Positions 49,701 through 57,983 of a stretch of DNA of 64,000 bases are shown here, in pieces (the first letter of the stretch is position 1; the number at the start of each line of letters is the position of its first letter). This stretch comes from an uncultured Acidobacteriota bacterium (GTDB lineage: Bacteria; Acidobacteriota; JAQAZP01), in assembly GCA_963836075.1 (NCBI GenBank), contig CAWIIB010000001.1, positions 2,144,001 to 2,208,000 of the forward strand. Direction: 5' to 3'. Position numbers and translations under genes: made by a program. The notes beneath the pieces were generated by a model. The model was not told the origin of the DNA, did no database searches, and saw only the letters and a program-made list of their open reading frames with translations.

Positions 49701-50202
49701 GGAAGAGATAGTCCAGCGACTTGATGGCGGCGTCGAAGATGTTGAAGGCCTCCCCCGCCCCGCCGGCGGCGGCGGTGAGGGTGCCGCACTGCATGTCGGA
49801 CCACGGGTCGTGACCGGTCACCGGCGGCCCGGCCACCGCGTAGACCGATTGTTCCTGGATGTCGTTCTTCACCCGCAGGTGGAGCTGGGGGTGGGCCGCG
49901 GTGTCGGTGAGGCACCTGACATAGATGGTCCGCGGCACGGTGAGTGCCACGTCGACCTGGAACGCACCGCTGTCATCGGTCAGGCCGCTGCCGAGTGTCG
50001 TCTGGGTCAGCAGGTCCACCACCTCCACGTCCGCGCGGCGGATGGGCAGGAAGGCCTGCTCTCCGGTGAAACCGTCGAGGTCAAAGGGACGGTCCTCGTA
50101 AAGGAACGTGCCGCGGGCCGTGAAGTCCGCAGCCGCCGGCAGAGCGAGGGCGGCCAGCAGGCCGGCCAGCAGCAGCAGGAAGGGGAGGCGCCGCCCGCTC
50201 AT
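46795..50202 (-). CDS. Large secreted zinc-metalloprotease-like protein with two lamin-tail domains, PPC-like and Ig-like domains
   Basis: Signal peptide; 'VILHETGH' plus 'AFSEGWA'; 'VVVNE...DWLELYN...DLEGW' and 'VVINE...WVELRN...DLTGW'; 'GGEPPYRW...LPPGLSL...GTP'. Confidence 0.8.
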   Translation of the reverse strand: MSGRRLPFLLLLAGLLAALALPAAADFTARGTFLYEDRPFDLDGFTGEQAFLPIRRADVEVVDLLTQTTLGSGLTDDSGAFQVDVALTVPRTIYVRCLTDTAAHPQLHLRVKNDIQEQSVYAVAGPPVTGHDPWSDMQCGTLTAAAGGAGEAFNIFDAAIKSLDYLFHLSGSYPGPAWNLTLFWRDGAGEASSWYDDVYRQVIMADSAGYDDSVILHETGHYVQSAFALCQNPGGAHFITDMNQDRRLAFSEGWATFFASAVRLHHQEPGASIFVRTTGGAGAGNLDFSFELEGPSLPVFGSFNELAVGACFWDLLDRSRRQGGYFQLDDDSLSGHDLRVWTVMSEYLPAAGEATMESFWNGWVATGQEQLSGAQEIFSVLGMEYMADTGEPLDNKVTGATELGPADPQLEARVVVNEMGLGAVDWLELYNGGGTAVDLEGWTVRAGRSGGPVTEIILPSCTLYPHHFLALFEGSGSDGTDRIFLPGTNIPWTTSGAGYCALLDSAGAGIDFCRWGGASEPPPAGTAWSGSDPDIPFQGMNLGRDSAGSDADQGGDFDSVAPTAAGPNWKPGSGLHHHSFYPAGDQDWLYVQAQAGQRYDLEVFNRCSGAAASMTLLAPDGITALFSEGCDGSFGCGPRRAWIAPADGRYLLNLVNDCRQGDYGSYDLQATVIPVTVPSAAALSPALLGLDVTRPLTLSGDGFVPGLAARFSSPEITCRRVDVVDRSTAVLLVRTSPQAAPGSHDLLLRGPDGAETVLPAALQVDPARSAVVINELNVLENWVELRNSGIVTVDLTGWELRLGAGSSMVTVVLPPAFIGPGAFLTIYDLGTPGENSPAELHLDQFFGWGAGSYGSIALADAALAGRDFVRWDGATGSSLNRPPAGTGWYGPNPVVDSESYGLGRDQGSSDTDRGCDFSAQQGSPGQVNSAPAPLDAQLELLQENWIGEELSLQLAVTGGEPPYRWFLSGGFLPPGLSLSQTGLLQGTPASLGSWPLDLSATDAAGRWDSGELLLEILPGLSASIQAQPAAAAFPCTVALDVALTNLRAGDATVQAELTAAGAPPHGSAAHDVASGTLVLRPGQTTHFDLACDIPDIPQFRSGVIFQLVLRDAAGGVELAAAQFEVQNQHQIQHPQ

Positions 50203-50759
50203 GGCGCCACCTCCTGCCCGCCGGCGGGGAACTCCCGCACCTGCCGTGCCCCGTCCGGGGAACTGAGCAGCCGGCCCGGGTCACACCGGGGCAACCACCG
50301 GCCATCCTCGCCCAGGTCCAGAGTTGCACCCCGCCGGAAGACCAGCCCGCGGGGCGTCACCGCGGTCACCCGGGCCTGGAGTTTTGCCGCCCCCCGGGTG
50401 GAGACACACAGCGTCAGGCTGGCCTCCTGCCCCTGGACCAGCGCTCCCTGAAATGTGCCCGGCCCGGAGAGGAGCGATGCATTTTCAGGCAGCAGCAGGT
50501 CCAGGCGCACCGCTGGCAGATCGGTCCTGGCGGTGAGCACGAGGGTCAGATTCATTCCCGCACGAGAGGGATCGCCATCAGTGACCTGCCAGGCCACATC
50601 CAGGGGGAGCCCCGGTTCGCACCGGGATGCGCCGGCAACGGCAACGTTTCCCCATGGCCGAAGGGCCGGCGTCAGGCATAGAACCAGAGGCAGGACCAGC
50701 AGGGCCAGAACCACCGCCAGCCGGCTCCGGTGAGACTTTGGAAAAACAGCCAGGCTCAT
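50199..50759 (-). CDS. Exported hypothetical protein coupled to the metalloprotease gene
   Basis: N-terminal hydrophobic helix, beta-rich body; ATGA overlap with the downstream gene. Confidence 0.6.
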   Translation of the reverse strand: MSLAVFPKSHRSRLAVVLALLVLPLVLCLTPALRPWGNVAVAGASRCEPGLPLDVAWQVTDGDPSRAGMNLTLVLTARTDLPAVRLDLLLPENASLLSGPGTFQGALVQGQEASLTLCVSTRGAAKLQARVTAVTPRGLVFRRGATLDLGEDGRWLPRCDPGRLLSSPDGARQVREFPAGGQEVAP

Positions 50760-50947
50760 GAACCCGCGTACAGAAATCCCTTGCTCAGGGGGGGTGACTC
50801 AAAAGCAACTGCATGCCATATTGTGACGAGAGACAGATTTGGAAATACGCCGCCTGAACCGGCCGCAACCCTGCGCCGTCGTCAGGCCATGCTTCTCCAT
50901 GCACTGGAAACAGAGCAAACCATGTACCAGAACTGGAGTCAATACAT

Positions 50948-50988
50948 AAAAAAAAGACCCGGGCCGCGCCAGAAGCGTTGCCCGGATC
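50948..50988 (-). terminator. Intrinsic terminator downstream of atpE
   Basis: GATCCGGGC...GCCCGGGTC stem followed by T8 on the minus strand. Confidence 0.7.
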
Positions 50989-51132
50989 TCTTTGAATGCA
51001 CAGAGGTTGTCGGACCGTCAACTTCACGGGAAAATCATGAAACTATTTCCCGACAAGCGAACCGACATTCCACCCAAAAAAGTGATACTTTTCTTCCCAT
51101 TCTGGGTGGTTCACCAACCCTGCGAGGATCGG

Positions 51133-51447
51133 TTACACCTTGGCGAAGATCACCACCAGCACGTAGAGGGCCAGCGACTCGATCAGCGCCAGACCGATGA
51201 TCATGGTAATCCTGATGGCACCGGCAGCGCCGGGATTGCGGGCGATACCTTCACAGGCCGCGGCGATCGCCTTACCCTGGGCCAGGCCGCAGAAAGAGGC
51301 CGCGATGGCCATGGAGAAACCGGCGGTGAGCCAGCTCCAGAAGGTGATATCGACGACTCCACCCTCTGCCCCGTGCTCCTGGGCCATAACCGGAGCGGCG
51401 GAAGCGATCAGAACCAGCACCAGGATAATCCACACTTTCTTCAGCAT
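51133..51447 (-). CDS. atpE: ATP synthase F0 subunit c with N-terminal signal-like extension
   Basis: AAGGAGG RBS; 'GIARNPGA', 'IGLALIESLALY'. Confidence 0.95.
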   Translation of the reverse strand: MLKKVWIILVLVLIASAAPVMAQEHGAEGGVVDITFWSWLTAGFSMAIAASFCGLAQGKAIAAACEGIARNPGAAGAIRITMIIGLALIESLALYVLVVIFAKV

Positions 51448-51521
51448 CCCCATCCTCCTTGTTACAATTTTCACAAAGCCGAAACCCTATCTCAAAATTT
51501 GGAGTGCGTTGCGATCGTGGA

Positions 51522-52235
51522 TCAGTGATCCTCGACTTCGATGGCACCGCCCACGTAAACAGCCGACAGCAGCATGAAAATGAAAGCCTGCAGCACGATG
51601 GCGAAGAGACCGATCACCATGACCGGGATGGGAACCAGGGCCGGAACCAGGCCCATGAAGACACCGGTCACCTGGTGCTCGCCAAACATGTTGCCGAAAA
51701 GACGAACCGAGAGGCTCAGCGGGCGGGCGCAGTGACTGATCAGTTCGATGGGGAACATCAGCAGGGCCAGCCACCAGATCGGGCCGCAGAAGTGCTTGAG
51801 GTAGTTGCCCACGCCCTGGGTCTTCACACCATGATAGTTGTAGTAGGCGAACGAGGTCAGTGCCAGGGGCACGGTGACCCAGAGGCTCGAGGTGGCCAGG
51901 CCCAGGCCGGGGATCATCCCCGAGAAGTTCATCACGAAGATGAAGATGCCGAAGGTGCCCAGCATAACCAGGTGCTGGTCCGCCTTGGGGCCGATGATGT
52001 CGCCCAGCAGGGAGCGGATCCCCTCCACGGTGAGTTCGAGGATCTGCTGGAATCCGCCCGGCTTGTAAACCTTGAACCGCCGGCGCAGCAGCGGCAGGGC
52101 GATGGCGGCCAGCAGCACGAGGAAGAGGACCATCACCACGTGATCGGGCAGGAAACGGTTGAGCACCGCGTCCGAAACACCCAACTTACTGAGCAGCATG
52201 TGAAGGAAATAGGTGACGAGGGATGGCTCGTGCAT
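51522..52235 (-). CDS. atpB: ATP synthase F0 subunit a
   Basis: 'RPLSLSVRLFGNMFGEH', 'LQAFIFMLLSAVY'. Confidence 0.96.
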   Translation of the reverse strand: MHEPSLVTYFLHMLLSKLGVSDAVLNRFLPDHVVMVLFLVLLAAIALPLLRRRFKVYKPGGFQQILELTVEGIRSLLGDIIGPKADQHLVMLGTFGIFIFVMNFSGMIPGLGLATSSLWVTVPLALTSFAYYNYHGVKTQGVGNYLKHFCGPIWWLALLMFPIELISHCARPLSLSVRLFGNMFGEHQVTGVFMGLVPALVPIPVMVIGLFAIVLQAFIFMLLSAVYVGGAIEVEDH

Positions 52236-52242
52236 TCTCTAA

Positions 52243-52683
52243 TTACCTCTGAGCCCCGGGATCGTCAGGACCTGCTGCCCCGAAAGAGGTTAGCGCCGAC
52301 CTGAACGCCTCCCACATGATGGACACCACGAAGATGAAAAGACCTGCAAGGAGAGCCTTCAGGTCCGCGATACGGTTGGCGACTATAGCATAGATGATCA
52401 GGCCGAGCAAGATATAGCGCAGGCCGAACTTGGCCACCGCCAATGCCCTCTTTCCACGTGACATGGGGCCGCCCATTGCGGCGTCCAGACCGGCTTCGAT
52501 CCAGCGGAAATTCACCACGGCGCAGGCCCCGCCCACCAGCACGCCGAAGGTCGTGGCGAAGGAACGAAACCAGAGGCTGGCCACTGCCGCAAGAACCAGA
52601 AAAACAAGGGCATTGCGCTTGATGCGCTGCAGCATCAGCAGTCCGGCCGGATCCCCCTGGGCCGTTTCAGCCTGGTTCGACAT
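52243..52683 (-). CDS. atpI: ATP synthase subunit I
   Basis: Four TM helices; 'GVLVGG...VNF', 'KFGLRY'; upstream of atpB. Confidence 0.75.
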   Translation of the reverse strand: MSNQAETAQGDPAGLLMLQRIKRNALVFLVLAAVASLWFRSFATTFGVLVGGACAVVNFRWIEAGLDAAMGGPMSRGKRALAVAKFGLRYILLGLIIYAIVANRIADLKALLAGLFIFVVSIMWEAFRSALTSFGAAGPDDPGAQR

Positions 52684-52705
52684 CTCTTCGCCTCGGTTGA
52701 TCGGC

Positions 52706-52933
52706 TCAGTCCTCCAGCCGGGAGGCCACGCGAAAGAGGTTGATGAACGCGGCCGCCGCTCCGGCGATGCAGAGGATCACCGCCAGCCATGGTCCCGTAC
52801 CGAGCCAGCGGTCCAGGAGGTAGCCCAGCCCGTAGCCCACGGCGATGGCCGCGGGAAAGACCAACCCCACGTTGAGCAGATCGCCGGCCAGGCGGTAAAT
52901 GCGCCGCCGTTTGTCCTGCCTGCCGTCATCCAT
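52706..52933 (-). CDS. AtpZ/AtpI family protein
   Basis: 'GYGLGYLLDRWLGTGPW'. Confidence 0.85.
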   Translation of the reverse strand: MDDGRQDKRRRIYRLAGDLLNVGLVFPAAIAVGYGLGYLLDRWLGTGPWLAVILCIAGAAAAFINLFRVASRLED

Positions 52934-52934
52934 T

Positions 52935-55403
52935 TCAGCTCCCCTCCCCCGCCCTGCGCCGGCTGCGCAGGGCCAGGCCGAAGAATAAGCCCAGCACCAT
53001 GAAAGTGGCAAGGGAAAGCAGCAGGCCGGCGCGCCACGAACCGGGGCGATAGGAGAAGGTCACCGTGCGGTTCTGCGGCTCCACGCGGACGGCACGGTGC
53101 AGGCCGTTGGCCCGCAGCACCGGGCGCCGGACCCCGTCCACCTCGGCCTCCCAGCCGGGGAACCAGCTGTCGGCCAGCACCAGCCAGGCCGGTTGTCCGG
53201 ACTCCACCGCCACCTCTACCCGGTCCGGGGTGTCGAGAACGATGCGGCAGCTGCCGCGGATTTCTCCGCCATCCGCGGTCTGCGGAGGAGGAGGAGTCCG
53301 GTCCGCCGTATGGCCCGACAGCAGTACCTGGCCCAGCGGATCGAAGCCGGCGGCGAACAGCGCGTCAAACTCGTCCCCCTCTTCCACGTACAGAGCGGAG
53401 GGGACCAGCCGTGCCCGTGGCAGGGCCAGGTCGTTGCGCTGCACCAGCATGGAGATCGTGCTGAAATCGCTGGTGCGATAGACCGGGGTCCGGCCGGGGA
53501 GCCCCGGGCCGTCGAACCCCAGCAGGTAGTCCACCGAGCAGAGATCCCACATCAGCTGCCGTTCCCGCAGTCCGCCGCGGTGCATCCTTCTCGCCGCCTC
53601 GGCGGTGGCGCGGGGGCTGAGCAGATCGGTGGTCACCCCCAGGTCGTAACCGATCCCCAGCAGCAGCCCCGAGGGCGGGGAAAGGAGCGAACGGTCCCAG
53701 AGACAGATCCACTCCTTCTCCTTTGACGGCGGGTCGATACGGAAGCCCTGCGGCTTGTCCTCGCGGTAGACCCGCACCAGGCCCCGGTGCCCGGCGGCGG
53801 CACGGATCGCCTCCGCCGCCGGGGGTTCGCTGGCAAAGAAGGAGCGGTCGGTGCGGAAGTTCACCCCGGCCCCGAAGAGGCAGAGGTCGGCCGCCAGGAG
53901 GGTCAACACGAAGGCGGCACAGACGGGCCGCCGCAGCCGCCCGGCCAGGGCGGCCCAGGCCAGCGCCGCCGAACCGAACAGGCACAGCTGGGCCAGCAGG
54001 CCGCGTCCCAGCACGCCGGCCAGTGTGTCGCGGAGCGCCGGCACGGCCGGATCCACCTCCGCGGCCCGGGCCATGAGACCCACGGCCCAATCGTCGCGCA
54101 GGGCAATGACGCCCAGTAGCAGCGCCGCTGCCACCGACCAGCCCATGGCCCCGAGAAAGAGCCTGGACAGCGAGCGGTCCTCGGCGACGCCGCTGGAACT
54201 GCCGCCGGCCAGGCGGCCGAAGGCCTTGCCGGCCAGCAGGGCCAGGGCCAGGGTCACCAGGATCAGGAAGCGGCTGGGGAAACGCATCCCACCGGCCACC
54301 GGCAGGGCGTAGACCAGGCGGTAGAGCGGTGTGTGGCCGCCCAGGGAGAGCACCAGCCCGGCGACAAGGAGCAGGCCGAAGAGCAGGGCGTCCCGGTCAC
54401 GGCGCAGGCGAAGGAGCGCGGCGGCGGCAAAGAGCAGCACGGCCTGGCCGGCGTAAATGCTGAGGATCAGCGGGTAGCCGTCGTCAAACAGCCGGTGGCC
54501 CCAGAGGGCGCCGGCCACCGTGCTGTCCACGTCGCCGAAAAAAGCCGGCAGGTGCAGCTCGACCAGGCGCAGGGGGTGGGTGGACCAGAAGGTGGCCCCG
54601 CGAAAGGTGAACCCCCAGCCGCGCACCGTCTGGCGGAGCAGTTCGAGGAACGGGAGAAGCTGCAGCCCGCAGAGCCCGGCGGCGGCCAGCGACAGGCCGG
54701 CCACCGAGGCCAGCTCGCGCCAGCGGGGCCTCTCCGGGCCGTCCGCACTCTCGCGGCGGAAGACCAGCAGGGCCAGCAGCAGCAGGGTGGCCAGCACCAT
54801 GCCGGGGTCGCCGCCCAGCAGCTGGACGGCCAGCGAGAGCAGGCAGCCGGCCCCGGCCAGCGGCGAGCGGTTCCGCCGCCAGCCGAGAAAGAGCCAGGCG
54901 GTGAGCGGCAGCCAGGCGGCGGAGTTGAGCATGTTCAGCAGGTTGCCCAGGGAGAGCATGTAGCCCGAGAGGGTGAAGGCAAGGGAGGTGAACAGCGCGC
55001 CGGCCTCGCCCCAGCCCATCCGCCGGGCCAGGAGGAACGAGGACCAGCCGGCCAGCAGCAGCTGGAGAAACACCGTCCAGTTCACGGCACTCACCGGGTC
55101 GAGGGCCAGGAAGAGCAGGGTGGACGGGTGGAAGGTGAAGAGGTTGAGGTTGGCCAGCAGCGGCTGGCCGCCGGAGAGCCCGGGGTTCCAGAGGGGCACC
55201 GTGCCGGCAAGGATCTGCCCGGCCTGCAGGGCCTTCAGCGGCAGGTGGTTGTTGTAGATATCCCGGAAATAGAGCGTCCGGTCACCGAGGAGGACGTCGG
55301 CAAAGAGGAGGGCCAGCAGCAACGCGATGAGGAGCAGCGGCAGCGCCCCGCGCCAGCCGCCCGGACCGCCGCTGCCCGCCCCTGCTCTACTGGATGTCTT
55401 CAA
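52935..55403 (-). CDS. YfhO-family membrane glycosyltransferase-like protein
   Basis: 'PLWNPGLSGGQPLLAN', many TM helices, 'RFPSRF', 'LVLADSWFPGWEAEVDG...ANGLHRAV'. Confidence 0.85.
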   Translation of the reverse strand: MKTSSRAGAGSGGPGGWRGALPLLLIALLLALLFADVLLGDRTLYFRDIYNNHLPLKALQAGQILAGTVPLWNPGLSGGQPLLANLNLFTFHPSTLLFLALDPVSAVNWTVFLQLLLAGWSSFLLARRMGWGEAGALFTSLAFTLSGYMLSLGNLLNMLNSAAWLPLTAWLFLGWRRNRSPLAGAGCLLSLAVQLLGGDPGMVLATLLLLALLVFRRESADGPERPRWRELASVAGLSLAAAGLCGLQLLPFLELLRQTVRGWGFTFRGATFWSTHPLRLVELHLPAFFGDVDSTVAGALWGHRLFDDGYPLILSIYAGQAVLLFAAAALLRLRRDRDALLFGLLLVAGLVLSLGGHTPLYRLVYALPVAGGMRFPSRFLILVTLALALLAGKAFGRLAGGSSSGVAEDRSLSRLFLGAMGWSVAAALLLGVIALRDDWAVGLMARAAEVDPAVPALRDTLAGVLGRGLLAQLCLFGSAALAWAALAGRLRRPVCAAFVLTLLAADLCLFGAGVNFRTDRSFFASEPPAAEAIRAAAGHRGLVRVYREDKPQGFRIDPPSKEKEWICLWDRSLLSPPSGLLLGIGYDLGVTTDLLSPRATAEAARRMHRGGLRERQLMWDLCSVDYLLGFDGPGLPGRTPVYRTSDFSTISMLVQRNDLALPRARLVPSALYVEEGDEFDALFAAGFDPLGQVLLSGHTADRTPPPPQTADGGEIRGSCRIVLDTPDRVEVAVESGQPAWLVLADSWFPGWEAEVDGVRRPVLRANGLHRAVRVEPQNRTVTFSYRPGSWRAGLLLSLATFMVLGLFFGLALRSRRRAGEGS

Positions 55404-56028
55404 TCGTCGCCAGTTTCCCGTGCACCGACCGGGCGTATCTCTTCGGCTTCTCCAGACCCAGCCGCTCGATGGTCTCCACCCGGTTCGGCCCCATGTTGTA
55501 AGCTGCCAGGGCCAGGTCCATGTCGTCGAACCTCTCGAACAGCTGGTTGAGGTAGAAAGCCCCCATCTCGATGTTCAGCCCCGGGTCGTGGAGCAGGTGC
55601 GCCCCTTCCCACTCGATCTTCAGGTCGCGGGCCACGTCCGCGGCGGTGGAAGGCAGGAGCTGCATCAGCCCCACGGCGCCCTTTTCCGAAATGGCGTTCT
55701 TGTCAAAGGCACTCTCGGTCTCGATCAGCGCAATGATCAGCTCGGGGGAGATCTGGTACCTGTCGCTCACCTTGAGGATCGATTCGCTGATCGCCTTCAG
55801 TTCCCGGGGTGAGAGATTGACCCGCCGCGTGTCGAAATAGTCCCGGACCCGGCTGCGGGTCAGGGACATCTCCAGTTGCTGGTCCAGCTTCTCATTCCTC
55901 AGTTCCAGACCCTCGATAATATTGTTCAGTTTGGCGATGCTCCGGGCGTCCTGGTCACGGACCACGTTGAAGTGAATCCCGTAGAAGACCAGCAGGGCCA
56001 GCAGCAGCACCGGCAGTATTCTTCTCAT
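55387..56028 (-). CDS. Lytic transglycosylase (SLT domain)
   Basis: 'IETESAF', 'GAVGLMQL', 'ALAAYNMGP'. Confidence 0.92.
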   Translation of the reverse strand: MRRILPVLLLALLVFYGIHFNVVRDQDARSIAKLNNIIEGLELRNEKLDQQLEMSLTRSRVRDYFDTRRVNLSPRELKAISESILKVSDRYQISPELIIALIETESAFDKNAISEKGAVGLMQLLPSTAADVARDLKIEWEGAHLLHDPGLNIEMGAFYLNQLFERFDDMDLALAAYNMGPNRVETIERLGLEKPKRYARSVHGKLATIEDIQ

Positions 56029-56206
56029 GACGTTGTTACCTCCTTACCCCGAACGGGGTCTGCAGACGAAATCTCCAGACGACGATCAGGTCACGTCACA
56101 AAAAGATTTGCACGAAAGTAACGGGAAGTCAAGCATTGAACCGCCCTGTCCCCCGGCGGGGAAACCAGCAGGGACAAGCGTTCGCGTGGGTTTGCTGAGG
56201 TCTTTT

Positions 56207-56704
56207 TCAAGGCAGCGGCGGGATAATCACCAGTTGGTCGCCCAGATCGATATCCCATTTCTCCACCGACCCGGCATTCAGTTCGAGCACCGCACTGGCC
56301 TTGCACATCGGCTGGTAACTGGGACAGGGCTCCTCCGGACAGGGTGGGACGTTCTGCTCGAAGTGAACCACGCGCCCCGAACTGTCCAGCCAGAGCAGGT
56401 CGAGGGGAAAACGGACATTCTTCATCCAGATGGAGCGGAAACCGGTGCTGGAAAAGACCAGCAGCATGCCCTGCCCCGCGGGAAGATCGTCCCTGAACAT
56501 CAGGCCGCGGCTCCGCTGGCGGGACGAAACCGCCAGTTCCACGACGATCTCCGTCCCGCAGGGCAGGATGACCAGGCCCGTCGCCATCGGTTCTCCTTCG
56601 CCGGTCACCGGCGCCGGCCATACCCCGGCCAGCAGCAGGCCCAGGCCGAGCAGGCAGAGCAGTGCCCATCCGGGCCCTGGCAGTTTGAGCTTCCTGTGCA
56701 TCAT
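56207..56704 (-). CDS. DUF192 domain protein
   Basis: 'RGLMFR', 'GMLLVF', 'WMKNVRFPLD', 'VLELNAG'. Confidence 0.88.
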   Translation of the reverse strand: MMHRKLKLPGPGWALLCLLGLGLLLAGVWPAPVTGEGEPMATGLVILPCGTEIVVELAVSSRQRSRGLMFRDDLPAGQGMLLVFSSTGFRSIWMKNVRFPLDLLWLDSSGRVVHFEQNVPPCPEEPCPSYQPMCKASAVLELNAGSVEKWDIDLGDQLVIIPPLP

Positions 56705-56815
56705 TCCCTTCCCCGGGGCCGTCCCCACCGGTCATTCCAGCGGCAGGATATCCCCGGAACCGCCGTTTGGCAACCGCTCCGGGGGGAGGTGTCACCGCTC
56801 ACCCGATTAAAGGTC

Positions 56816-56852
56816 ATTATACCTTTTGCCGCCGGGGGGCAGGTGGTATAAT
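56816..56852. promoter_or_regulatory. Back-to-back divergent -10 elements
   Basis: ATTATACC (TATAAT on minus strand) and TGGTATAAT (extended -10 on plus strand) form an 8-bp inverted repeat. Confidence 0.55.
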
Positions 56853-56940
56853 CCTTCCCCTCATCGGAACACAGGATGACTTCCGTCACCCGGGTAAACA
56901 CTGTCTCACGGCCTGATGGCCAAGCGGAGGGGATCTTTCA

Positions 56941-57936
56941 ATGGGTATCAAGATCGGCATCAACGGCTTCGGTCGGATCGGCAGGAACTTCCTGCGCTGC
57001 TCCATGGCGGACAGCGGACTGGAGATCGTGGCGGTCAATGACATCACCGACGCCGCCACATTGGCCCACTTGCTGAAATACGACTCGGTCCACGGCAACC
57101 TCAAGGAAGAGGTGTCCGTGGACGGGGACTCGATACGCGTGGCCGGCCGCACGATCAAGGTGCTGGCCGAGCGCAATCCGGCCGACCTGCCCTGGGGCGA
57201 GCTGGGCGTGGACATCGTGGTTGAATCCACCGGCCTGTTCCGCGACCACGACAGCGCCTCGAAGCACATCGCCGCCGGCGCGAAGAAGGTGGTCATCTCG
57301 GCCCCGGCCGTGGAGCCTGACGGCACCTTTGTCATGGGCGTGAACAACACGACCTACGACCCGGACAAACACCACATCATTTCCAATGCCTCCTGCACCA
57401 CCAACTGCCTGGCTCCCGTGGCCAAGGTGCTCAACGACACCTTCGGCATCGAGCTCGGCATCATGACCACCATCCACTCCTACACCAACGGCCAGCGGAT
57501 TCTCGACCTGCCGCACAAGGACCTCAGACGGGCCCGGGCGGCGGCGCTCTCCATGATCCCCACCACCACCGGCGCGGCCAAGGCGGTGGCCCTGGTGCTG
57601 CCGGAGCTGCAGGGCAAGCTGGACGGCTTCGCCATCCGCGTCCCCACCCCCAACGTCTCGGTGGTGGACCTGGTAGCCAATCTCGGCCGCGACACCACGG
57701 TGGATGAGGTCAACGGCGCCATGAAGGCTGCCGCGGAGGGCGAGCTCAAGGGCATCCTGCGCTACAGCGAGGAGCCGCTGGTCTCCATCGACTTCAACGG
57801 GATGGACGAGTCCTCGGCGCTGGATGCCGGCTTCACCCGGATGATGGGCCCGCGGATGGTCAAGGTGCTCTCCTGGTATGACAACGAGTGGGGCTATTCC
57901 TGCCGGATTCGCGACCTGATCAAGTACATCGGTTAA
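56941..57936 (+). CDS. gap: Glyceraldehyde-3-phosphate dehydrogenase type I
   Basis: '[10 protein letters not shown]', 'ASCTTNC', 'WYDNEWGY'. Confidence 0.98.
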   Translation: MGIKIGINGFGRIGRNFLRCSMADSGLEIVAVNDITDAATLAHLLKYDSVHGNLKEEVSVDGDSIRVAGRTIKVLAERNPADLPWGELGVDIVVESTGLFRDHDSASKHIAAGAKKVVISAPAVEPDGTFVMGVNNTTYDPDKHHIISNASCTTNCLAPVAKVLNDTFGIELGIMTTIHSYTNGQRILDLPHKDLRRARAAALSMIPTTTGAAKAVALVLPELQGKLDGFAIRVPTPNVSVVDLVANLGRDTTVDEVNGAMKAAAEGELKGILRYSEEPLVSIDFNGMDESSALDAGFTRMMGPRMVKVLSWYDNEWGYSCRIRDLIKYIG

Positions 57937-57983
57937 ACCGGCGGAGAGTCCGCTCAGGCCCCGCCTGTGGAAAGTGACGAACC

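Noticed and set aside
56030-56200. c-di-AMP or c-di-GMP riboswitch upstream of the lytic transglycosylase
   Set aside because: Hairpins are present, but I could not match either riboswitch consensus
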